Shown here: positions 18,125-25,644 of the stretch, piece after piece
How positions within the stretch are numbered: position 1 is the stretch's first letter
Layout: the number at the start of each line of letters is the position of its first letter
NCBI GenBank assembly: GCA_036149055.1
Contig: JAYZQJ010000158.1
Coordinates: 1 to 50,457, forward strand
DNA from: Myxococcota bacterium
GTDB lineage: Bacteria > Myxococcota_A > Polyangia > Polyangiales > Sandaracinaceae
DNA: 50,457 nucleotides
Reading direction: 5' to 3'
Made by a program: the position numbers and the translations under genes
Notes under the pieces: model-generated
Databases searched by the model: none
The model's input: only the letters and a program-made list of their open reading frames with translations
Told to the model about the DNA's origin: nothing

Positions 18125-19042
18125 GTGCCGCTCTCGGACGAAGAGCTCGACGCCTACCTCGCGTCGCGCCCGGTCGGGCCGGCGCCGCCCTGGCTGCCGG
18201 GAGGCTTCTCCCCGCGGTGGCGAGGCGGCGCCGCGCTCTCACCGGAGGCGGCGCGCTGGCTCCTCGGGCGGCTGCTCGCGCAGAACGAGCGCGCCGAGGA
18301 GCGAGAGGTGGAGCGGCTGCGAGCCCGCCTCGACGCCGAGAGCGCGGCGCCCTGGATGGACGCGCTGTGCGAGGCCGGGGGCGCCGCGCCGGCGCGGTTC
18401 GGCGAGGTCGCGTGGCTCTTCGCGAGCCTGGGGAGCGAGCCGCACCTCACCGCCCTCGGCGCCGAGATCGACGCCCTCTGGCGCCACCACCGCGCCCTGC
18501 CGCTCGAGGTGCTCCGCCGGAACGGGAGCGACGCGGCGCTGCGCCGGCTCGGGCGGATCGTCGACCGCGCCTGGCACCGGAAGCTCGGCCGCGCGGCGCT
18601 CGAGCGCGTCTCCTCCGTCGCCGCGGCGCGGGGCGTCGAGCCCTGGGCGTTGCTGAGCGAGGTGGAGGATCGGCACGAGGTCCCGACCGCGGGGCTGGTG
18701 CTGCCGCTGTCGCTCGACGATCCGTTCTCGGCCGCGCTCGGCGCGGCGCCGGTCCCGAGCCGCCTCTTCGGCGAGCGCCTCGCCGCGCTGGACTACCGGC
18801 CGATGGAGGTCGAGGACGCGGGCATGGTCTACCACCACGCGCGGCGGCTCGGCGGACACCTCATCCACCTCGATCACTCGGGCGTGTCCGCCAGCGGCCA
18901 GGGCCTGCTGCGACCGGTCCGGATCGCGCAGGTCTCGGCCTCGCGGCTGCCCGAGCAGAACGGGCTGAGCTGGCGGGAGGCGCCCCCCGCGCTCACGAGC
19001 CAGGCGCTGCAGGACGTACGCCGACTTCTCCGCCCCGCCTGA
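18125..19042 (+). CDS. DUF4132-family-related protein apparently lacking the central domain
   Basis: Resembles the flanks of DUF4132 proteins (LEVLRRNGSDAAL..L..I....L...A......AAARG; EDAG; PPALTSQALQDV). Confidence 0.5.
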   Translation: MPLSDEELDAYLASRPVGPAPPWLPGGFSPRWRGGAALSPEAARWLLGRLLAQNERAEEREVERLRARLDAESAAPWMDALCEAGGAAPARFGEVAWLFASLGSEPHLTALGAEIDALWRHHRALPLEVLRRNGSDAALRRLGRIVDRAWHRKLGRAALERVSSVAAARGVEPWALLSEVEDRHEVPTAGLVLPLSLDDPFSAALGAAPVPSRLFGERLAALDYRPMEVEDAGMVYHHARRLGGHLIHLDHSGVSASGQGLLRPVRIAQVSASRLPEQNGLSWREAPPALTSQALQDVRRLLRPA

Positions 19043-19086
19043 CCCGCATCCGCCCCACCGGTTGCGTCGAACTTCCGGAGTGACCC

Positions 19087-19191
19087 GCCCCCTCATTTCG
19101 GGGACGCGCCCCCTCATTCCGGAGATGCGCCCCCTCATTCCGGAGACCCGCCCCCTGATTCCCGAGACGCGCCCCCTCATTCCGGAGACGC
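19087..19191 (+). repeat. Five tandem 21-bp repeats GCCCCCTCATTCCGGAGACGC
   Basis: Units start at 19087, 19108, 19129, 19150 and 19171. Degenerate inverted copies follow at about 19215-19299. Confidence 0.9.
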
Positions 19192-19328
19192 GCCCCCACG
19201 AGGGGCGCACCGAGTGATGGAGGGGGCGCTCGTCTCGAATCGGGGGGCGGGCAGCTCGCGACCGGGGGGCGCACCCGCGGAATCGGGGGGCGCACCCGCT
19301 CGACCACGCCACCGCCGCGATCCCAGTA

Positions 19329-20172
19329 CTCCGCACCGGTTCGGAGCATCGACCCGCGCTCGTAACGCCGAGCCCGGTCGCTCTTCCCTGCGCGCCCCGC
19401 CACCGAGGACGAGGACGCTTACGTGCACGAGGACGAGGACGTGCACGAGGACGAGTACGAGGACGAGTACGAGGACGTGCACGAAGACGTGCACGAGGAC
19501 GTGCACGAGGACGAGGACGTGCATGCGGTGGGCAACGTCCCTTTTCGCAGCCCAGCGAACTTCAGCATTTCGGGCTCCTGCGCGTCCCCGTCCTCGTAGA
19601 CGTGCTCGTCCTCGTAGACGTACACGTGGTCGTGCCCGTCCTCGTAGACGTGCACGTACACGTGACCGTGCTCGACGCGCTCCGCACCACTCGGAGCATC
19701 GACCCGCGCGGGCACGCGTAAGCCCGGGCGCGGTCGCTCTTCCCTGCGCGCCCCCTACCGAGGACGTGTACGTGGAACGTGGACGCCCACGTGCACGAGG
19801 ACGTGCACGGGGCGGGCAACGTCGCGCCATTCGCAGCCCAGCGACTTCAGCATTTCGCAGGATCGTCGCCGGGCCCGGGCTCGCCGACGTCGACTCCTCG
19901 AGCCCCGTCACCTCGGGCCGGCCGTGCTCGCGAATCCGGAGCCGGGCTCCTGCGCGTCCCCGTCCTCGTAGACGTGCTCGTCCTCGTAGACGTGCACGTA
20001 CACGTGCTCGTGCCCGTCCTCGTAGACGTGCCCGTCCTCGTAGACGTGCACGTACACGTGCCCGTGCTCGACGCGCTCCGCACCACTCGGAGCATCGCCC
20101 CGCGCGGGCACGCGTGAGCCCGAGTCCGGTCGCTCTTCCCTGCGCGCCCCCGCCACCGCGGACGAGGACGCT
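19329..20172. repeat. Composite tandem repeat: three ~90-bp cores separated by inverted hexamer arrays
   Basis: Core CTCCGCACC..TCGGAGCATCG...CGGTCGCTCTTCCCTGCGCGCCCC at about 19329, 19680 and 20076. Confidence 0.85.
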
Positions 20173-20189
20173 CCGAGAACCGCCGCGCC

Positions 20190-21389
20190 TCAACCGTCGC
20201 AGTGACCGGGGCCCGTCCGACCTTCGTTGTAGGCGGTGAGCGCGTCGTTGAGCTCGGCCGCCCGTCTCCCGGCCGCGGTGGCCGGTGAGATGCCCAGGGG
20301 GAGGCGCTGCGTGGGCCCGAACAGACGCAGCCACTCCTGCGCGCTCGCGATCGCGGGCGACGGGCTGGCCCCCGCGGCGACGTTCAGCTCGGCCGCGATG
20401 AGCTGATGGGCGAGGGCGAGACTGACGTCCCCACGCACCGGGGTCCGGAGGAGCGCGAGCAGCTCCGCCTGGCCGTAGCGATGGGCTCCCAGCGCGAGGC
20501 TCCGCACCGGCCAGTCCTCCGGGTGGTTCTTCCAGTAGCCCTGGGTGAGCGTGCAGCCGCGGGGGTGCTCGGGGCAGCACCACGGGCGCACATCCGCCCA
20601 TCCTCCTGGGCCTCGGTCCCGCGCGCCGAGCGCCGACGCGAGCAGGAGGCCACGGCCTCCCGCCTCCCGCACGTTGGCTTGCACGACGAGCTCGATCGGC
20701 GCCCCGCAGGCGACGGGGGCGTCGACGGGGTGGTGGAGCACCACGCGGCGAAGCCAACCGCTCGACCAAGGCGTGGGGTTCTCCACGACCCAGGCTGGCT
20801 CCGCGCCGGCCACCCCGACCCCGAGGTAGGCGTCGCCCAGCTCCCAGCCGGCCCACGTCGTGATCATCGCGAGGACGTAGCCGTCCGCCATCGCGAAGCT
20901 CACGCCTCCGATCTGGACGTGCGAGTCGACGAGCTCGAGCGGCGCGACCCACTGCGGCTGACAGTCGCCGACGTGCTCCCCGTCTCCGAGCGGCTCCGAG
21001 CCGTCGCCGTTCGGCAGGGGAAGCTCGAGATCGGGCAGCTCGCCGAACCGAGCGGGCTCTCCCATCGGCACGTCCTCTCCGAGGTCTCGAACGAGCGGGA
21101 CGCCGCCCCTCGCACTCGGCTCTTCGCTCGCGCCCGGGCCCTCACCGGTCTCCTGGCCAGGGAGATCGAAGGGGCCGCTCCACCCGCGCTCCCCGAAGCC
21201 CTCGGGCACGCCTCCCCCTCGCGGGAGACCTCGCGCGCCCGGCCCGTCGGGGTCGAGCGGGGCGAGCACCCCGTCGTCGTGAATTCCAGCGCTCGGGTCC
21301 GCCAGCTGGGTCCCCGGGTCCTCCGCGTCCGCGCACCCGACCAAGCCGAGCGTCAGCGCCGCGACCGCCATCCAGATTGCTCTCCTCAT
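20190..21389 (-). CDS. Lipoprotein with C-terminal GCTLTQGYWKNH-type domain
   Basis: ATG 21389 and lipobox LVG-C. C-terminal GCTLTQGYWKNH..WPV.SL.LG...LAHQLIAA.LN motif, as seen in secreted proteins. Confidence 0.7.
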   Translation of the reverse strand: MRRAIWMAVAALTLGLVGCADAEDPGTQLADPSAGIHDDGVLAPLDPDGPGARGLPRGGGVPEGFGERGWSGPFDLPGQETGEGPGASEEPSARGGVPLVRDLGEDVPMGEPARFGELPDLELPLPNGDGSEPLGDGEHVGDCQPQWVAPLELVDSHVQIGGVSFAMADGYVLAMITTWAGWELGDAYLGVGVAGAEPAWVVENPTPWSSGWLRRVVLHHPVDAPVACGAPIELVVQANVREAGGRGLLLASALGARDRGPGGWADVRPWCCPEHPRGCTLTQGYWKNHPEDWPVRSLALGAHRYGQAELLALLRTPVRGDVSLALAHQLIAAELNVAAGASPSPAIASAQEWLRLFGPTQRLPLGISPATAAGRRAAELNDALTAYNEGRTGPGHCDG

Positions 21390-21417
21390 GCCTCGCCCCC
21401 CTTCGCCCCGCTCGTAC

Positions 21418-21434
21418 AGCACGTCGAGTGCCAG
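21418..21434 (-). promoter_or_regulatory. Sigma54 -24/-12 promoter
   Basis: Minus strand CTGGCACTCGACGTGCT, GG-N10-GC, about 30 nt before the ATG at 21389. Confidence 0.65.
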
Positions 21435-21625
21435 CGAGCTCTCTTCCTCGGAGCGGACGGCTCGAGACGAGCGAGACAGTGCGCAGAGTTCGTTCGCCCC
21501 GAGGTTGGCGTCCCCGAACGCGCCGCCAAACTTGCGAGGCGGCGTGAGAACTGCGCGATCCCGGAGCGAGGCGGGCGTCGAGCCAGACACTGTACACCCG
21601 AGCAGCACCATGCCATGCTGGGTGC

Positions 21626-22654
21626 ATGGCCCGCCCGGTGAAGGTCCAGAACCCGCCGAACCCGTTCGAGAGCGCGCACGTGGAGTGGGAGGGGCCTCCG
21701 CCGGACGCGGCGCTCGAGGTCTTCGAGGAGCGGGCGAAGTCGATCGTCAGCGAGAACTCCAGCCCGGACGTGGGGTTCCGCTACAGCGTCAACCCGTACC
21801 GGGGCTGCTTCCACGGCTGCCTGTACTGCTACGCGCGACCGAGTCACCAGTACCTCGACTTCGGCGCGGGCACGGACTTCGACCGCAAGATCGTGGTGAA
21901 GGTCAACGCGCCGGAGCTGCTCGACCGGCGCATCCGGCGGCCGAGCTGGACCTTCGAGCCGATCGCGTTCAGCGGGAACACCGACTGCTACCAGCCGCTC
22001 GAGGCGAGCTACGGGCTCACCCGCCGCTGCCTCGAGGTCTGCCTCGCGCACGGCACGCCGGTCGGGGTCATCACCAAGGGCACGATGATCCGGCGCGACG
22101 TCGCGCTCCTCGCCGAGCTCCACCGTCGCGCCGGCGCGCGGGTGTCGATCAGCCAGGCGTTCGCCCGCGACGAGGATCGCCGGGTCTTCGATCCGTGGGC
22201 GCCCCCGGTCGAGGCGCGGTTCGAGACCATGCGCCAGCTGGCCGACGCGGGCATCCCGGTCGGGGTGGCGGTCTCGCCGATCATCCCCGGGGTCAACGAC
22301 AGCCAGATCCCCGAGGTCCTCGCGCGGGCCAAGGAGGCCGGGGCGCGGCACGCCTTCATGACCCTGCTGCGCCTCCCTCGGGAGGTGAAGCCGTGGTTCG
22401 AGGTCCGGGTCGAGGCCCTGGTGCCCGGCCGCGCCAAGAAGGTGAAGAACGGGATCCGCGAGCTGCGGGGCGGAGCCGACGCGAACGACGCGCGCTTCCA
22501 TCACCGCATGAGAGGCCAGGGCGCGCGCTGGGACGCCATCACCCAGCTCTTCGAGATGCACTTACGGAAGCTCGGCCTGAACACCGAAGACGTCGTCGCC
22601 GATCTCGGCCCGCCCCCCGAGCGCCGGCGCCGCGGTCAGCTCGACCTGTTCTGA
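21626..22654 (+). CDS. Radical SAM protein, PA0069/Rv2578c (SplB-like) family
   Basis: NPYRGCFHGCLYCYARPSHQYL..G.G.DF..KI.VK.NAPELL; NTDCYQPLE; C-terminal QLDLF. Confidence 0.9.
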   Translation: MARPVKVQNPPNPFESAHVEWEGPPPDAALEVFEERAKSIVSENSSPDVGFRYSVNPYRGCFHGCLYCYARPSHQYLDFGAGTDFDRKIVVKVNAPELLDRRIRRPSWTFEPIAFSGNTDCYQPLEASYGLTRRCLEVCLAHGTPVGVITKGTMIRRDVALLAELHRRAGARVSISQAFARDEDRRVFDPWAPPVEARFETMRQLADAGIPVGVAVSPIIPGVNDSQIPEVLARAKEAGARHAFMTLLRLPREVKPWFEVRVEALVPGRAKKVKNGIRELRGGADANDARFHHRMRGQGARWDAITQLFEMHLRKLGLNTEDVVADLGPPPERRRRGQLDLF

Positions 22655-22657
22655 TCC

Positions 22658-22837
22658 TCAGACGATGACCGGCCCCGGGTCGGTCACCTCCCCGGGCTCG
22701 CGCGGCCGGATCTCCGACCAGCCGTCGTGCCGCCCCTGCGAGGCCGGCGGCTCGATCACCGGGTCCTCGGTCAGCCCACGGTCCTCTCGCCGTCGCTCGA
22801 ACCACCGGACCAGCTTCTCTCTGAGACGCCCGAACAT
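22658..22837 (-). CDS. 59-aa small protein of unknown function
   Basis: AAGGAGG RBS before ATG 22837 and a sigma54 motif directly upstream. Sequence MFGRLREKLVRWFERRREDRGLTEDPVIEPPASQGRHDGWSEIRPREPGEVTDPGPVIV. Confidence 0.65.
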   Translation of the reverse strand: MFGRLREKLVRWFERRREDRGLTEDPVIEPPASQGRHDGWSEIRPREPGEVTDPGPVIV

Positions 22838-22863
22838 GCGTGCCTCCTTCACCGAAGAGGCAA

Positions 22864-22880
22864 TGCAGCGGCCGTTCCGA
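22864..22880 (-). promoter_or_regulatory. Sigma54 -24/-12 promoter for the small protein
   Basis: Minus strand TCGGAACGGCCGCTGCA (GG-N10-GC); closely resembles the T2SS promoter TAGGCACGGCCGTTGCT. Confidence 0.6.
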
Positions 22881-23011
22881 AGCCTCGATCCTGCACACCC
22901 GCGCGGTGTCGGCCTGCCGACATGCCCCGGACGTGGCGTCGGGCCCCGAGTCAGGCTCCGATCATCATTGCGCTTTTCCACTTTCTTCGGATGCCGGGAA
23001 TGACGCGACCA

Positions 23012-23067
23012 GGACAATGTGTCATCGCTGCTGACACGATGTCTTCGAGTGACATGATGTCTTCGAG
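23012..23067. promoter_or_regulatory. Three GACA-N3-TGTC palindromic boxes (candidate activator binding sites)
   Basis: GACAATGTGTC 23013-23023, GACACGATGTC 23033-23043 and GACATGATGTC 23051-23061. The last two form an 18-bp direct repeat. Confidence 0.7.
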
Positions 23068-23080
23068 AGGAGAGCGACCG

Positions 23081-24418
23081 ATGACCGAGCCCAGCGCGAC
23101 CACCGTGCTCGTGGTGGACGACGAGCCCAGCAACCTCCAGTCGCTGGAGCGCATCTTCGGCAAGGAGGACATGCGGGTGCTGACCGCCGGGAGCGGCCGG
23201 GAGGCGCTCGACGTCTGCCGCAACCACCGCGTCGACGTGGTCCTGACCGACCTGATGATGCCGGGCATGAGCGGCATCGACCTCATCAAGGCGCTGAAGA
23301 CGGTCGCGCCGGACGCCGAGGTGGTGGTGATGACCGCCTACGGCACGATCGAGACCGCCGTCGAGTCGATGCGGGAGGGCGCCTACGACTTCGTCGAGAA
23401 GCCGCTCAAGCGCATGCAGATCGTCAAGACGGTCAAGAAGGCCGCCGAGCGGCACGCGCTGGTGGCCGAGAACCGCACCCTCAAGGAGGAGCTCAGCGCG
23501 CTCAAGAACCGGCCGATCGTCGGCAGCTCCGGGACCCTCCGGCAGGCGCTCGAGACCGCGCAGCAGGCGGCGCCCTCGAGCGCGAACGTGCTGATCCTCG
23601 GCGAGAGCGGCACCGGCAAGGAGCTGCTCGCGCGCTTCATCCACGAGCGCAGCCAGCGGGACGGGACGTTCGTGGGCGTGAACCTGGCCGCCCTCCCGGA
23701 GACCATCGTGGAGTCGGAGCTCTTCGGGCACGAGAAGGGGGCGTTCACCGGCGCGACGAGCCGGCGCGAGGGGCGCATCGCCCAGGCCGACGGGGGCACC
23801 CTCTTCCTCGACGAGATCGGCGAGCTGACGCCGGCGGTGCAGGTGAAGCTCCTCCGGGTCCTCCAGGAGGGCGAGTTCGAGCCGGTCGGCGGCACGACCC
23901 AGCGGGCCACCTTCCGGCTGATCGCGGCCACCAACCGCAACCTGGAGAAGGCGGTCGAGGCGGGCAGCTTCCGGGAGGATCTCTACTACCGGCTCAACGT
24001 CATCGCGATCACCAGCCCCCGGCTCGCCGATCGCTCGGGGGACGTGCCGCTCCTCGTCGACCACTTCCTCGAGCTCTACTGCCGCAAGAACGGCAAGCCG
24101 CGCATGACGGTCACCCGCGAGGCGCTCGACGCCCTCACCGGCTACGCCTGGCCCGGCAACGTGCGCGAGCTCGAGAACGTGATCGAGCGGGCGGTGGTGC
24201 TCAGCAAGGACGACCAGCTGACCCCCGAGGACCTGCCGGGCCAGATCATCCGGGCCGAGCGCCACGCCGGGGACCTGACCTTCTCGATCGGCACCCCGCT
24301 CGAGGAGATCGAGCGCCGGGTGATCCGCGCCACCCTCGAGCACACCCGGGGCGACAAGCAGCTCGCCGCCCAGCTCCTCGGCATCTCCGCCCGGACCATC
24401 TACCGAAAGGTCGAGTAA
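23081..24418 (+). CDS. Sigma54-dependent response regulator (NtrC family: REC-AAA+-Fis HTH)
   Basis: VLVVDDE/DLMMPG receiver, GESGTGKE, ESELFGHEKGAFTGA, LFLDEIGE, WPGNVRELEN and C-terminal HTH. GAGGAG RBS. Confidence 0.95.
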   Translation: MTEPSATTVLVVDDEPSNLQSLERIFGKEDMRVLTAGSGREALDVCRNHRVDVVLTDLMMPGMSGIDLIKALKTVAPDAEVVVMTAYGTIETAVESMREGAYDFVEKPLKRMQIVKTVKKAAERHALVAENRTLKEELSALKNRPIVGSSGTLRQALETAQQAAPSSANVLILGESGTGKELLARFIHERSQRDGTFVGVNLAALPETIVESELFGHEKGAFTGATSRREGRIAQADGGTLFLDEIGELTPAVQVKLLRVLQEGEFEPVGGTTQRATFRLIAATNRNLEKAVEAGSFREDLYYRLNVIAITSPRLADRSGDVPLLVDHFLELYCRKNGKPRMTVTREALDALTGYAWPGNVRELENVIERAVVLSKDDQLTPEDLPGQIIRAERHAGDLTFSIGTPLEEIERRVIRATLEHTRGDKQLAAQLLGISARTIYRKVE

Positions 24419-24427
24419 CGGGGCGGA

Positions 24428-24481
24428 TGACAGAATGTCAGCGGATCGGTCGAGGGGGCCCCGACGGTTGCCATCCTGTCG
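24428..24481. promoter_or_regulatory. Upstream activator boxes for the gsp promoter
   Basis: Perfect TGACA-GAA-TGTCA at 24428-24440 and degenerate TGCCA-TCC-TGTCG at 24469-24481. Confidence 0.65.
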
Positions 24482-24557
24482 ATCGGGGGAGGTGTCACGA
24501 GTGCGGCTTTCGCCTGTTAATTCGGCCTTTTTGCTGGCATCGCCGCAGGCTCTGAGC

Positions 24558-24574
24558 TAGGCACGGCCGTTGCT
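24558..24574 (+). promoter_or_regulatory. Sigma54 -24/-12 promoter of the T2SS operon
   Basis: TAGGCACGGCCGTTGCT (GG-N10-GC with TTGC), 63 nt before gspC, with an AT-rich patch at 24516-24532 between boxes and promoter. Confidence 0.75.
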
Positions 24575-24637
24575 GTTCCATGGGCCGGGCCTCCCTCTCG
24601 AAAGCGCGCGCGGCCCGACTCCGGAGAACCCTCGAAC

Positions 24638-25621
24638 GTGGCATCCAGCAGCCGACAGCGACGCATCGTCGCCGCCATCCTGCTCTCGACCCTCGGCATC
24701 ACGGGGGTCCTCGTGGCGCAAGGCGGGACGCAGCTCATCGCGGCCGCCGCGTTGCCGCTCGATCCGTCCGCGGTGGCGCCCGCCCCGCTCGGGGACGTCC
24801 GGCCCGCGCCGCCGGACGAGGTCGACGCCACGCCCATCCTCCGCCGCAACATCTTCGACTCCGAGACCGGGCCGCTCGAGCGGAACCCGCCGGTGGCGGT
24901 GGTCGACGAGCCGGTCGAAGAAGGCGAGCCGGAGGAGATCGACCCGAACGCCCCGCCGCCCCGCTGCGACGGGAGCATGCGCCTGGTCGGGGCCTTCGTC
25001 CGGATGCGGAGCCCCGACGACTCCTTCGCCGCGATCACGAGCGCGACCGGCGAGGCGCTCCTCTACCAGACCGGCATGCAGGTCGACAGCCGCGAGGTCG
25101 TCGCCATCCAGCACAACCGGGTCATCCTCCGGCCGAGCGGCGGCAACCTCTGCTCGCTCACCATGTTCGCCGAGGACGAGGGCGAGCGCGTGGCCACCGC
25201 CCCGACCCCCGCGCGCCCCACCCCGAGGCCGCGCCGCGCGGCGGGCTCGCCCGAGGGGCTCGACCCGGCGTCGCTCGAGGCCGGCATCGACCAGATCAGC
25301 GAGCGCGAGTACGCCATCGACCGCGGCCTCGTGAACCAGCTCCTCGCCAACCAGGCCGCGCTGATGCGCACCGCGCGCGTCATCCCCCACGAAGAGGGCG
25401 GGCAGGTCGTCGGCGTGAAGCTCTACGGCATCCGGCGCAGCAGCCTGCTCGGCCGACTGGGCATCCAGAACGGCGACATGCTGCGCACCATCAACGGCTA
25501 CGACATGACCGCGCCCGACAGCGCCCTCGAGGCGTACGCGCGGCTGCGCAACGCCGACCGCATCACGATCAACCTGAACCGCCGCGGTTCGGACCAGACG
25601 ATCGACTACCAGATCCGCTAG
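24638..25621 (+). CDS. gspC: T2SS protein GspC with PDZ domain
   Basis: N-terminal TM, RRNIFDS motif and C-terminal PDZ (GVKLYGIRRSSLLGRLGIQNGD); first gene of the cluster. Confidence 0.85.
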   Translation: MASSSRQRRIVAAILLSTLGITGVLVAQGGTQLIAAAALPLDPSAVAPAPLGDVRPAPPDEVDATPILRRNIFDSETGPLERNPPVAVVDEPVEEGEPEEIDPNAPPPRCDGSMRLVGAFVRMRSPDDSFAAITSATGEALLYQTGMQVDSREVVAIQHNRVILRPSGGNLCSLTMFAEDEGERVATAPTPARPTPRPRRAAGSPEGLDPASLEAGIDQISEREYAIDRGLVNQLLANQAALMRTARVIPHEEGGQVVGVKLYGIRRSSLLGRLGIQNGDMLRTINGYDMTAPDSALEAYARLRNADRITINLNRRGSDQTIDYQIR

Positions 25622-25644
25622 CGACTTCCTTACGGAGCAAGCGA

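Noticed and set aside
15084..18656. 1190-aa ORF
   Set aside because: Off-frame overlap of three real genes. Only 16131-16350 (glutaredoxin part) looks coding.
19087..19191. CRISPR array candidates (also 46021-46450)
   Set aside because: Units are contiguous or their tails repeat, so there are no unique spacers, and no cas genes are in the window.
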